A program made the translations under genes and the position numbers. The notes beneath the pieces are model-generated. The model searched no databases and was not told where the DNA came from. It saw only the letters and a list, made by a program, of their open reading frames with translations. This document shows, piece by piece, positions 10,400-24,255 of a DNA stretch of 64,000 nucleotides. Source of the DNA: Octopus vulgaris (taxonomy: Eukaryota); NCBI GenBank assembly GCA_951406725.2, contig OX597814.1:14260001-14324000 (forward strand). The letters run 5' to 3'. Position 1 is the stretch's first letter, and each line of letters begins with the position of its first letter.

Positions 10400-12690
10400 A
10401 GCGTTGTAATTTGTTAGCTGTATGGGTAGGAATTTCTTTCTTCGATCCTAAAATTGATAGTAACGGTTGGTGGTCAGTCTGAAGCCGAAAGCTTCTACCG
10501 TGGAGAAACCTGTGAAATTTCTTCCAGGCAAAAATAATCGCTAGAGCTTCTTTCTCTATCTAGCTGTAGTTTTTTCTCTTCTGCTGCAATCAGAGCACAT
10601 GAGGCATGAAATACTGTTTTCATATTACCATCTTTATATTTGTGTAGCAAAACTGCTCCTACGACATGCTCAGAAGCGTCAGAAGCTAACACAATCTCCG
10701 CTGCTGGATGGAAATGAGCCAGTGACAAATCCGAAATTGATATTTTTTAATATCCTGAAACACTGTTTGACAGTTATTTCAGGAATTCCATTTCCCGTCT
10801 TCATTTAACAAATTATCAAGTGAAGCTCTCAATTTATATATGTATGGTATGTAATTTTGATAATAGTTCGCCAGGCCAAGAAAAGCTTGTAATGTAGTTA
10901 TGCTAGTTGAATGAGGTACATTTTTAATTGCATTTTTACCTAAAATTTATCCTAAATATTTAATTCTACGCACAAAAAGATTTCACATTTCTCCTCACTG
11001 AGTGTGAAACTGTAATCTCTTATTTTTTTGAAAAACTAACTTCACATGCTTTATATGCTGATCACGAGATACACTGTTAATTAATTGATGTATGGTATTT
11101 CAAATTGACACTCTACCATTATCTCATTCATAGCCTGTTGAAATATTACAGGTACTAGCTTCAAACAAAATGGCAATCTCATATTTTTATAGTCATTTGT
11201 GCATATTCACTGTTAGAAGCTTCGAACATTCCCCGTCTACTTTAATTTGTGAAAATGCATCAAACAGATCCAGTTTCGAAATATTTTGCTACTATTTAAT
11301 TTTGCAAAAATATCCTCCGGAGTAGGAAGTATATGGTGGCACATTATAGACAATCATTCAAACCATTAGAAAAATTGGCACACACCCTGATTTTGTTTTG
11401 TTTTGTTTTTTCTTAATACACACGGTTGGTGTTGCCTACTTAGAATAATCTACTTTTTGAACAATTCGCATCTTCTTCAGTCTAATTCTTTCTCTACCTC
11501 CTTTATGGCAGCAAATGTCACCTTTCTATAAGATTTGAAAACAGGTACAACGTTTTCCTTTATTTGAAAACAAGTCTCAGTCTTAGAACAGAGATCTAAT
11601 TTATCCGACAGCACTCCAGGAATCAAGTTTTTAAAGACTTTCTTCAATTCAGCTGCTGAGTTGTTTTCACTGTTGGGACAGCCATTTATTTTTTGTACAG
11701 AACAGACTTATGGAGAGGTCCCGTAAGTCAAACAACTACAACCAACCATACCGAACAACAATGAGGCACTAAAACATATCAGGGGTTATTTTGTTGCACA
11801 TTCAGTTTACGGTCCTGGCATAATTGACAAAGTCTTCATCCTCTATTTTAACTATATTCCAATACTCCCATCGAGTGTTAAATGGGGAACTCTTATCACT
11901 GAATATGTTTGATAGTAGTTCGACTATTTCCTGGAAACTAATTTTACTATTTTTATTTAGTAGTATGAAATTACGATAATTTCCATGTTCAACCGGCGCT
12001 AATTTACGTAATAATAGTCTAAAATTTTTGTTATCTGTCCACGACTTGCAATTTTCTCTGAATATTTTTTTGGTACTTTCTAAAGTACGCTGCAAGTGTT
12101 ATAACCTTCTCTGGGTCATAACTGAATTCTGTTATGGATTTCGACACGCCGTCTTCCGAAATCGAAATAATAGTATTTCTGGACTTCTTAAGACATAGCT
12201 CTATTAACTGTCGTTCTTTTTCTTGTTGCTGAAATAGTTATTTCTGCAACTCTTGTTGACCTTCTGGCAGCTATTTTTGCAACTGTATTATAGAAGCTAA
12301 GAGCTCTTCCATAATTAACAACTTTATATCATTAAAATTTATTAACTACCCTGAGTGAGCTTCGGATATTTGTATTCGCCAATATTTGTAACGTAGTTAG
12401 TCGTCGTCAATTATTATAGTATCGCCACACATTATAACTGAGTAGCATCAATATAATATATAACGAAGCAGGGTAACAACAACGTAATGATCCAACAAAC
12501 TCTTCACGAATTGTAAACGAAACAACAAACTATATACCGACAAACTACCAAAAATTTGCGACTTCCTGCGATTAATGCCTACACTGTCTCTCTAGATAGG
12601 TAGATATTCTTTTGTTTAGAAATACATTGCATATATCTTATGTATAAATTAAGAATGCATAAGTCAACCAACGTATGACGACACTATAAT
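10400..12690 (-). mobile_element. Decayed Ty3/gypsy LTR retrotransposon (gag, RT, RNase H; possible 5' LTR ~12387-12683)
   Basis: RNase H LASDASEHVVGAVLLH and FRLQTDHQPLLSI; RT-like FSKLDLFDAFSQI; gag-like 11802..12095; PBS-like TGGCGA at 12376-12381 just inside a ...TTACA end. Confidence 0.8.
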
Positions 12691-12979
12691 GACAAAAAGA
12701 AACATGCTTTGTATTCCTTTTATCTGTCAATCTGTTGTTTATAATGTATTGCAAATTCCAACGTCATTTACGGCAAAGATGTTATCGAGTATCATTTTGC
12801 AATTGCTTACTTCGCGACTTTCGAAAGTGTAGTACTGTACTACTACACAATGAAACACATTAATGTTGTATATCCTAATGCAGTAAATATCTGTAAATTT
12901 TAAGTGTGCTTTCAGGTGTTTAAAACTTGCGATTATGGTCCTTGTGATAGGCCGCGTTGTAAAAGTTGAATCCCATTTT

Positions 12980-13620
12980 ATTGCGAAATTTTGAGATTAA
13001 CAGTTGCAGAAATATTCTCACGGATACATCAGAGATTTGGTGCTAAAGCTGAATGTGACATGTTCAAGTTTTCAAGAACATTTCAAAATGGGTTGTGGAA
13101 AAGTGCGAAAATGGCATTTTGCCTTTTCAAGATCTGTTATTGAAAATATTCCACCGTCTACAGAAATAAATTGAAATAACAACCCCATAGTAACATAATA
13201 TTTTGTTTACAAGCGGTGACCAAATGATGCATAATAAACCAACATAAAGCCAAATCAGTGGCTATTAGTAAATGAGAGGCCCATACTAACATCAAAATCA
13301 GGCTAACACTGGATTTTGTAAATGGAACATGAGATCAAATGTGACCAGCTTTCCAAAGATTAATTGTGTAATTCTCCAGTATAACAATAAAAGGGCTCAC
13401 TCTGCAAGAAAACCCCAAACAAACACTAAAAGCTTTAGATTGAAATGTTCTTTCGCAGCCCGACACATAGCAAAGTATCTTCGGATTATCATCTCTTTCG
13501 ATCATAGTCTTTCATATGTGGGAGAGCATTCAGAAACAAGGAGGATGTTATAAAGAGTAGGTCAACGTTTTCAGCAATGCAGCGCGGAATGTTGTCAATA
13601 CTGATCCTGTTTCTTATTGA
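12980..13620 (+). mobile_element. Highly decayed mariner transposase
   Basis: Frame-shifted remnants VILQYNNKRAHSARK, LKALD*NVLSQP and SDYHLFRS match mariner DNARPH / L.HPPYSPDLAPSDYHLF motifs. Confidence 0.6.
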
Positions 13621-13758
13621 CGAATGATATTTAATTAAGCTTCACTCGCATTCTTTTCTTTTGAAAATATGTACTTTCCGGATATCCTAATATATGTATG
13701 CACGTATATACATCTACATGCATATAGGTATCTATATATGTCTATGTAGGTGTGTGCA

Positions 13759-13759
<1 letters not shown>

Positions 13760-13808
<49 letters not shown>

Positions 13809-13998
13809 TGTGTACACACAACGTACACAACACACACACTCACACACAACACACAAACACATGTGCGCACACATATATATAATATACATATCCATTTATC
13901 TATATATCTCTATGTATATATATACATATATACATATATATATATACATATATATATATATACATATATATACACACACATATATATATATATACATA

Positions 13999-14038
<40 letters not shown>

Positions 14039-14147
14039 CATACATACATATATACATACATACATATATACATACATACATATATACATACATACATATA
14101 TACATACATACATATATACATACATACATATATACATACATACATAT

Positions 14148-14214
<67 letters not shown>

Positions 14215-14215
14215 T
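13760..14215. repeat. Compound (TA)n/(TACA)n microsatellite
   Basis: Directly visible. Confidence 0.95.
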
Positions 14216-14837
14216 ATACGTGTATATATGCATACTCAGTCATAAACGCACACAAATACACACGCGTGTATTATTTTGTTTGCAAGTAATACTGTACACA
14301 GATAAATATTAATCAATAAAAATATTTGTTTTCGTTACGTTAAATTAATATTCCTTTCATTAGCTGATGTGAATAAGCAAAAATATGCAGAAAATTATAT
14401 CCTTTATTTTGTTTTCTGGTTTTAGTATTGAACTGCGGCCATACACAATAATCATTCATAGTTGCTGTGAATCATAGAGATAATATTATTTTATATATTT
14501 ATTTTAGAAAAAGATAAAGCTACGAGCATAATGTAAAGTAATGTAACAAAGATGGAAGGAAATGCCACGGGGCATTTGCGTTAGACATCATTAGTAATAA
14601 AACTTGTAGAAAATATTCTCGTTCGTTTCACATATATTCATTTGTATACATATTTATGTTACTAGGCTAAACTAACCGCCGTTCAAATTGTGTGTAGCAC
14701 GCTCTATATAATAATAGGTTATATACTGAGCTATTATTTTGGACAATATCAATATGTACCAGTAATGTGTTACATGAAAAATATTTTTACCCACTGTACA
14801 GATTTTAGAATATATTTAGACAATAAAATACTCTGAG

Positions 14838-15221
14838 TACTCTCTTTACTCTTTACTCTTTTACTTGTTTCAGTCATTTGACTGCGGCCATGCTGGAGCA
14901 CCGCCTTTAGTCGAGCAAATCGACCCCGGGACTTACTCTTCGTAAGCCCAGTACTCATTCTATCGGTCTATTTTGCCGAACCGCTAAGTGACGGGGACGT
15001 AAACACACCAGCATCGGTTGTCAAGCAACGCTAGGGGGACAAACACAGACACACAAACACACACACACATACATACATATATATATATATATACATATAT
15101 ACGACAGGCTTCTTTCAGTTTCCGTCTACCAAATCCACTCACAAGGCATTGGTCTGCCCGGGGCTATAGCAGAAGAAACTTGCCCAAGATGCCACGCAGT
15201 GGGACTGAACCCGGAACCATG
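14838..15221 (-). mobile_element. tRNA-derived SINE family S1 (internal microsatellite, aagagta-repeat tail)
   Basis: Reverse complement of the 58361-58815 element; 5' head partly lost. Confidence 0.85.
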
Positions 15222-18151
15222 CAGAATAATATTATTTTGCTTTTATTTTTGTTAGAAAATACCATAAACAAAGTTTATTCAACCAAATGAGAATATCACT
15301 CTTGTAGTATTCTTCAACTTGAGGCTATGTTAGAAGAGACATGGTAAAACTGCCACACCAAAAATAATATAACAGTATGTATTTCTCTCACACACGAAAT
15401 AATGCAACTATTGATATAAACAATTTTAGTAGCACATTTAAAAAAAGATATATCTATTAACTATAAAGCTTTAATGAAGCATTTTAAAAACATTTGGTTA
15501 TTCTCTATTTTTCGATTCAGAGATTCCAATCATGAAGGCAATAATTTGAAGGAAGTCCGAAATAAAAATGAAATATAAAAATCTAAATAGAAAAATCAAT
15601 CATAGGTTTTCTTTCCTGCAAGACACATTCCCTCTACCAAATATTATTTTTAAAGATGTTTTATTGATTTATATGCATTTTGCTGAAATCCAAGCTCATA
15701 GATATATCACTCAGTGTATATGTGTTCCTTATCCCTATATATGCAAATGAAACACTGTCTCCTACAGTCGTGTGTCCCACACACATACCAACAGCTTTCC
15801 ATTTTCAACTAGCATCTATTTCTTGCTTTCAGTTGCCGAAATATCGAGATTAAATATGACTATCAAAATGCATTTCCCCAATACAGGTTTGTTAGTGTGT
15901 GCGTGAATACATTTATAAACATTCGTGTGTATGTGTGTTTGTGTTTGTGTGTGTGTGTGTGAGTGCGTGTGTATGCTTCCTTTTTCATTGAATATTATGT
16001 TTCTTTATGATTAATTTTTTATGGTCCTTCGTTTTCTTTTTAGTCTACAAAACGAACCGTCTTCTATTACTTTATATATTTCTTCCATGAAGCCTTTATT
16101 CTTTCATTATACATATGTTCAAACTTAAGTACATGAGACATGCCAAATTGACTGATGTTTGCTATCTAACGTTTCAGGAGCCATTACAAACACGTTATAC
16201 AGCAAAAGCAAATATTTAGGAAGGATAATTCTCTGGCACTACTTTCTCTCTTTATATACACATGGATTCACAGATCGATTCTTACAAATACAAATGCAAA
16301 TACATATACATACATTCTTCCACACACACTCACGTACTTCCGCATACATTTACATTCATATACATATACACACAATATCAAAATCTACAAATTAAGAAAA
16401 GAAAAGATAAAGTGACTGATAGATTGTGAAATATAGTAGAGAACCTATAACCTATATCCTGTTTAACACGCAAGTGGTTTCTGGTTATTCTTACTTGATA
16501 TTCACTAATATTCAAAAGTGGTTTGCATTTCTAGATGTTTATGTTGAAGCTGTCAGATCGAAGCTATCTCAGTTCATCAAATAAACCACTGATTGCTCAC
16601 CTAATATTAATTTCACATCATTCTGTCGACACCTCATTCGTCTAAATTACATATAAATCACCCTTCCAATACGTTAAGAAAATTAGAAATGTTTCCGATT
16701 GAGAATCAATAAAATCACAGACACCAGAAAATGAGTAAATACATAACACAAGTAAACTAATCACAATCATATAAGTAGACATGTATTCTTAATACTTGTT
16801 TTGTGAACCACTACTTAAATAATGAGCTAAAAGAGGAAGCCTTAAATGCTCTCTTCTTCTACTAGAAATAGCAGCAACATTTCCTTCGCGTATAAACATT
16901 AAGTTTTTGAACAGAATGGAAGGGTGCATTTCATGGTAAATTCTTACAAAAATGATGTCTAAAACAGCGGGATTGCAATAGCTAAAAATCCTTCATTCAT
17001 GTGTTATCTCTATTATATATCACCCGGGAGTAAATCGGCACCGAAAATAACATTTTAGCTAAACCGCAGTGCGCATACACATACAGAAGGTTGATCCTCG
17101 TCATATTTGCTGCTTAGTCACAGACCAGTGATTCACTTCGTACATGGTATTGATAAGTCAAAATAATAGCGAAAAATCGATATTCTACCATTCTCACTGA
17201 TCATGTTGTCTCGCCTGGTCTGTGACATTCAGGTATTCTTTAACACACGGGATCGTGTGAGGAGCTTTCCCAAACGTTATCCTGCAGCAAATTTGGCGTA
17301 TAAAAACACATACTATGCTTTCGGGCAGGTTAAAGACTTTGCTTTGCGTCAGATATAGTTTATTATCGAAAACCACAAAGATGCGGCATTCGTTCGAGAA
17401 AGCATTTCGTATGGATGTATAGTTGCTAAGAGGCTGCATTTGTCTAAGCATGGGGCTAAGAATAGATAATTAATATTCATAGTGTTTAAAGAAGCAGACT
17501 CTACCTATGCACTTCTACGCTATTTAGCAATGCTTTCTAAGTAGTCAAATAACGCAGTGCTGTTGCAAGAATTTGTTTTGAGGTTTGAAAATGCATCCAA
17601 ATCTCAAAATGTGTAGTCGTTTTTAAATTTTGTAACAGATGGATTCAAATACAAGCACGTCCAGGCTTCTATCAAATATTGAAAGATACAGAAATACAAA
17701 CACAAATTCTCAAATATTTATTCCAAACCAGTAGATTAGAAAAAATGTGTGATATTATTTATTCACAATTACACCTATTTCATCAGTGAATAGAAGTTAT
17801 CTCCAGTCAGAAATTCTGCGGACAAATGTTCAAGTACTTTGCGATTGGAAAATCTTACATGTTTAACGTACATGTACAATTTTGTAAATTCTATTAACCA
17901 ATGAAACTTGTGTAATCGGGAATAAATATTACAAATAAATATTTCCAACCTTACCAGAATTTTCAAATCTTATGCATAGTTTGATCGTTGATGATCTATT
18001 TCTAGCATGCGGCCGTCTACCTAGTGGTCTTGCCCTTTGAATATACACATGTATTAGAATTTTCTCTGATTTTTCAGATTTTTGTATGCTAGGCTACTGG
18101 TTTTAAATTGATATTAATTAAATTAATATTAAATTTATCTCCCTCATTATT

Positions 18152-18210
<59 letters not shown>

Positions 18211-20501
18211 TATATCATGTATATACGAATGTATTTATATATACACAGACGTATATAAGGAGAGAGAGATGGAGGCGTGTGCGCGTGCGTATGTGCGTAC
18301 GTGTGTGCATGTGTGTCATTGTGTGTGTACGTGTGCGTGCCTGTTACATTTACAAACAGATTTTGAGATGCCTCAAAGTTGCAGCTTCACGACCACCGCT
18401 TGGCGCTCAATCTCCCTCATGCCGAAACCTCGAAGTAACTGAGAACTTCTCCTCTAAAAACAAAATATACGTGATACTGAATGGCATTGAATGATCCTTA
18501 AGCTTATCCTTAACTGTCTTTTATCGAAAATCTAATTAATTATAGAAATAGCGATGGTAGAATGCAATGCAAATACAATAACATTTGTTTAGTTGCATTC
18601 AATATTTATAGTCTAAATGACATGACACAATATTAATTACACTTGTCTACAGAATTTAGGGATAGAAATGCTTCTGTTGTATAGACGTCTGTTTCTGAAG
18701 AATGTTTTCGCACTGAATCCTGACATGCTATTCGTTTTCACCTATCATGTCAGGATCTTTCTATACTTGCTACCTTGTTTTTTGGGGGGATTTTTTCTTT
18801 TTTTTTCTGTCCTAGTCTGACTAATTTGATAACTTTTGAGCCGCTTAGAAGCATTTCAGAACTTATTTGCTATGAACCTCAGGGAATTTTTTATATATTA
18901 AATATATTGATCACAGACGTACTGATCTCACCGAGCTTAGAGAGATTACGAAGGCAATGGGCACAGTTCAATTCTGCAGAGAAAGCCAATAGAAATTAAA
19001 CACAGTCTTTAGAGCCATGTAGGGGCAATAGCGAAAAGAGATGGGTGTGATTGTGAGATGAGACATAACTATTCTTCATGTAGTATAGTGTGAAAAAGTA
19101 GTGGAATGTCTCCGTAAATACTCGAGCTACAATACATGGCAATGGTATCTCTTTCAAGTCAAGAGTAATGTTTGTAAAATGAAAAGTATAATGTAGGTAA
19201 TAAAGTCGGAGATAACGTACTTTATAACAAGAGAGAATGGCCGCCTTGGGTCGTTTGATGATTTAGTGTTAAACTGGAGCGGAACAGCAACAACAACTAT
19301 CCCAATATTTACACTTTTATGCGCGCAAAAACAGACAGGGTGACGGAGAGGGAGGGAGAGAGAGACAGAGAGAGTAAGTGTGTGTGAGAATGTGTGCTGT
19401 GCGTGTATGTGTATGTGCAAGTGTACGTGTGTGTGTTTGTATGTGCGTGTCCCTGTGCACTCGCCCGCGCGAGTGTGTGTAATGAATTACAGCAGAAGAG
19501 TAAACAATATGAGATGGAGATAGAAAGTAAGAGAAAACCTTCTTCAATTTTGCAATCACACATTATCTTTTCCCTTGATATTACGAAACCAAAGGTAATT
19601 TACGAGTTCAGTTTTTATCGTTCATTCTACACTACAAGTGTACGTACGTTTCGGCCTCGCAGGCTCCTTCAGGGCAGATCTCCGCAATGTTTGCATTAAT
19701 TCTCTATTGAATTCATAGATTACATTTCAAAAAGTTTTGTATTTCGAGAGAAAATCCATTTAATGTCTGCTCGTAACTGTATTGTACATAATTTGGTTAT
19801 GGTTGTGTCTAGCTATTAGTGCAAATTAAATCAGATGAACAACTGTTGATATCAGATAAATTTACTGGGATTATTTTCTTTAGACTTCAAGGCAGAGCAT
19901 TCTAAATTTCTTGTTATCTCTACTTTCAGCTCATTAGTGCATTATTCAGGATTAAATTTCTTTAAAGAAAGCAGCAAACTAGAGTTTACAACGCAAACCA
20001 GTACTGAGTAAACCTGAAAGACAAATACATGCGTACAGGTGGAGCAGAATATATCGAAGAAATTGGACGTTTAGCTGCCTTTTGATTATATAATATAAAG
20101 AAACAATGTGTGCGTAATTACGAAAGCGATGAAATTCATCAACAATCTCGCACACACCTTTTCTCTCTACTTTATTCCGTTACACCGTAGTGGTCGAAGG
20201 AATAAATCTAACAATTATATCTGGTGTAAATAGATGCACGTCTGATTTAATAGTTTCTAACAATTATACACAACTTTCATCACGATCTACGTAATACAGT
20301 TATGCACAGACTATGAATTTTTCAGACTTGTTAAACTTGTTGAAATATAATCCTAGATATGTATGTGTTAGTGTATGTACGTATATATTTATGTGTGCGT
20401 GTGTGTGTTTGTGTTTGTCTGTCTGTGTATGTGTGTATGTTTGCGTGTGTTTGTGTTTGTCTGTCTGTGTCTGTGTGTGTGTGTGTATGTCGCTATATCT
20501 A

Positions 20502-21295
20502 CAGGATTTGGAAAAATAAGGGAAATACCTAGCGTCATAGCATCATAATTTTGAAATATCTATAACCGTCAACAGCTTCTTCATTTTTATTTTTTGTGAG
20601 TTATTATTAATGTTGCCTAATACGTTTTGCTAAACTTACGGTTTCTCTTCATATATCATCAGAAAAAGGTAATTAAAATTAAAATGACAGATCTATCGGA
20701 CTTTCAAAGAAGTCAAATTGTTGGTGCCCGTATGGCAGGCGTTAGCGTAACGAAAACAGCCGAAATGTTTGGTGTATCAAGAAGTATTGTCTCGAAAGTA
20801 ATGACATTCTTTGAGAAAGAGGGTGAAACCTCCTCGTCGAAACAAAACTCCGGACGAAAACCAAAACTTTAGAAAGGATCACAAAAGTACAGCAGAGCTT
20901 AATGACTACCTCGAGAACGCAGTTTCCACAAAAACTGTTTGCCGGGAGGGCTGCAATCAGAAAGCCCTACTTGCAAAATCAAACGTTGCAAAGCATTTAG
21001 AATGGAGTAAAACCTACAGAGAGCAGTGGAAGAATGTGGAGACAACCAAAAGCAGCATTTGACCCAGACTACTTTCTTCCAACTGTTAAACATGGAGGAG
21101 GATATGTGATGAACTTGGTGGGGGGGACTATATCTTGGAAATGTGCCCGCCCAATGGTTAAAGAATAACAATTCGCGTAGGAGTCTGAAAGTTTTGGATT
21201 TCTTCCGGAGTTTTCTTTCGACGAGGAGGTTTCTCTCTCTTTCTCAAAGGATGTCATTACTTTCGAAACAGTACTTCTTGATACACCAAACTTTG
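20502..21295 (+). mobile_element. Deleted Tc1-family DNA transposon with internal inversion
   Basis: TA-cagg TIR-like start; MTDLSDFQRSQIVGARMAG...SGRKPKL HTH; PTVKHGGG motif; ~21188-21291 is an inverted copy of ~20768-20870. Confidence 0.8.
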
Positions 21296-21599
21296 GTGGG
21301 GTTTTTTTGGGTTTTTTTTTTGCTTTCTAACCTCTTTCTGGTATTCAGTATATTGCTTTTATTTTCATCTTGGTACTGCTGCAATTACTACTGCTACTGA
21401 TGTTGCTACTACTACTACTACTACTAATGATAAAGATAAAAGTAGTCATAAAATCAATAATACCCGTCTAGATTCAGGGACAATGATATAGAGCGATCTT
21501 TGTCATGCTCTGGTCTCAAATCAAAATCTGACAGATGTTCCATTGTTACTCAGAAAGAATCCCTGCCAACTAAGAATTACCAGAGTAATGCCCTGAGAT

Positions 21600-22175
21600 A
21601 CTGAGATATGAAAGCAGCTTATGATGCTGTATAAATGAGGAGCACGCTGCTACAATCGACCACATAATCACTGAATCCAGTAGATTAGCACCAACGGAAC
21701 ACTTGCAAAGGCATGACATAGCAGCTCAGTACATACACTGCTCAATCTATTGCTCATACAGCCTCCTTCAATTGGTTGGAACACTACAAGCCTCTACAAG
21801 TTGCCCAGAATCCCAAGGTGACCATCCTTTAGAATTTCAGTGTTCAAACCGATCAGATGATACAGGCAAACCGATCTGATCTCATTGGGAAAACTCATAT
21901 TGAAAAGATTTGTCTTCTGATTGATGCTGAAGGCTCCGCCGACCAAAGAACATTTTTGAAAATGTCTGAAAACCTGAGTAAGCATAAATACATGGAGACT
22001 GAAATCGGAAGAATGTGGAATTTCCCATTATTATTGTGGCACACGGAATGATACCATGTAGAGCAAACAATATGTAAAACAAATCCCTGACAGGCTTAAG
22101 TTAAGCGAAATTCAGCCAATAATACTTATGGGTACCACACATATTATACGTAACTTTCTCTCCATGTAAATGCAA
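21600..22175 (+). mobile_element. R4/Dong-like (restriction-like endonuclease) LINE 3' fragment
   Basis: TIDHII...RHDIAAQYIH, QTDQMIQANRSDLI...CLLID, KYMETEIGRMW, ILMGTTHIIRNFL. Confidence 0.75.
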
Positions 22176-22244
22176 CCTTACTTACTGTGTTTTCTTTTTT
22201 CCTCCCACAAACATCAGTATTTACAATTGCATATCACACCTTTT

Positions 22245-22435
22245 AGCGCCGGTAAGAAATGCTTAGGAGCATTTCTTTTATCTTTTTCGTTTTGAGTTCA
22301 AATTCCGGCGAGGTCGACTTTGTCTTTCATTCTTTCGGAGTCGTTAAAATAAATATCGGTTGATCACTGGGATCGTTATAATTGACTAGCTCCCACCCCG
22401 AAACTGATAGCCTAGTGCCAAAATGTGAAGCCAAT
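22245..22435 (+). mobile_element. SINE family S2, degenerate copy
   Basis: gagttcaaattccggcgaggtcgactttgtctttcat core shared with 25096-25930. Confidence 0.75.
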
Positions 22436-22469
22436 ATTAATTCACTGTAGAAATTTAAACAGTAATACC

Positions 22470-22660
22470 GATTTCAGACTTTTGCACAACGCTGGCACGT
22501 TTGGGGCTACGTCGATTACGTTGTACTTAGTTTATCGACCTCGAAAGGCATGACTGACAAAGCCGGCATCGGTGGAATTTGAACTCAGAACATAAAAATG
22601 AACGAAAAGCCGCTAAGCATTTTGCCCGGCGTGCAAAAGATTCTGCCAGCTCACTGCCCT
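22470..22660 (-). mobile_element. SINE family S2, inverted copy
   Basis: ggaatttgaactcagaac...gctaagcattttgcccggcgtgc...ttctgccagctc. Confidence 0.75.
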
Positions 22661-24054
22661 AATTTTTAACTGTATTATTAAATTCATTTAAGGCAGGAAT
22701 ATTGTTAATAGTATCAAGTGCTTTTTGACACCTAGATATAGTCGAATCGTTTATAGATGACTCTGACTAACGTGTTGGTATGAATGAGCGTTGTATATCA
22801 ACTGAGTTGACGCACTCACGGAGCTGTAACAGCTAAGCCTCCAGCTGGTCGGTTAAAATGATCTTATGAATAAGATGCTATCAATGCCAGCTGTGTTGGA
22901 GCACCCACCAAACCGTGGCGTAGGACCGTACGCTGGTTGTTTTAAAATACGGCTTGCTATAAATTATTTCATGTAAATTATTTAAAGGTCAAATTCAAGA
23001 ATTTCACTACAATTATCAATTGTGTAACAAAGCTGTCGGTTAATACTGCTACTAAATAAAACCAAGATTTCGGAAAGCATGAAAGTAATATTGTAAAATT
23101 GTGATAAATACAAAAGTAAAACATAAAAATCAGACTATGTTCGAATATTAATGACAGCAAGCCTCCATGACACACTAAGATTAAAATTGCTATATATTAA
23201 TCAAAGTGTTTATAGAAAAATGAACAACTAAAGAGAAATATATATATACGTACTACATTTACCCAAATACTTTGTGAACATCAAAGCACATGAGAAACAA
23301 TGTCTTATACTAACAAAACCACAACGTACTTGATTAAAAACACCCACCTTACAAATGTAAGCAAGAAATGTCCTAAATATCACCATCAAGAAAAGAAATT
23401 ATCTCTCAAAACTTACCACCTACCTACTTCCTTTGTGAAAAAAAAGTTTACACACGTAATTCCTAAGGGTTTAAATACTGGACTTTGTACCGTTGACTTT
23501 TACTTTATCAAAGCAAAAGATTTAATCCAATAATATTCAAAGCAACAAAAAATACTGTCACACATTGTGCCAGTCTAAGAAAAGAGGAATATCAAGACAC
23601 TTCTTTACAAAGTTCAGCATACATGAATACATTCTAAGTAATAACATAATTCCAAATTAATCAATATAAATTACTCCAAAACAACCATACCTAAAACCTT
23701 AATAACCATTTTACTCAAACCCACACACCCAAGGAAGATTTTAAGCCAACAGTGACTCTATAAGCGCAAGACTAACTCAAATGCATTGCAGTCCGACGAT
23801 GGCTTAGCTGGCTGAAACTTCGAAATCACTGTCAACAACATTGTTGCTTAAGAATAATAAATTTGTATTCTACAAAGATATTGAGAAACTCATCCTATTC
23901 GTGTATAATCGTTTTTTTTAATAATTGAACATAAAAACAAACATTAATATTTGTGTGTGTTTACAGATATAGATAAATAGAAAGATGTACATACATATAT
24001 GTGAGTATGTTCGCCTGCATGAATGAGTGTCAGTCTGTCTTTATATACATATAT

Positions 24055-24255
24055 CACTATCTTTCGGTATGTGTTTGATAACTGGTGCTTGTTTACATTC
24101 CTATAACTTAGTGTTTTGAAAAAGAAAAGGAAACCATTGTAATAAGTACTAACCTTAAAAAATAAAAACTGGTACCGATTTATTCGACTAACTTCTCCAA
24201 AAAGATGCTCCAGAATGGTGTCAATCCAATGACTGAAAGAAGGGAACAATAAAAG
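24055..24255 (+). mobile_element. SINE S1 3' fragment, degenerate
   Basis: gtttacat...taacttag...aataagtacta...gctccag.atgg...aatgactgaaa. Confidence 0.6.
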
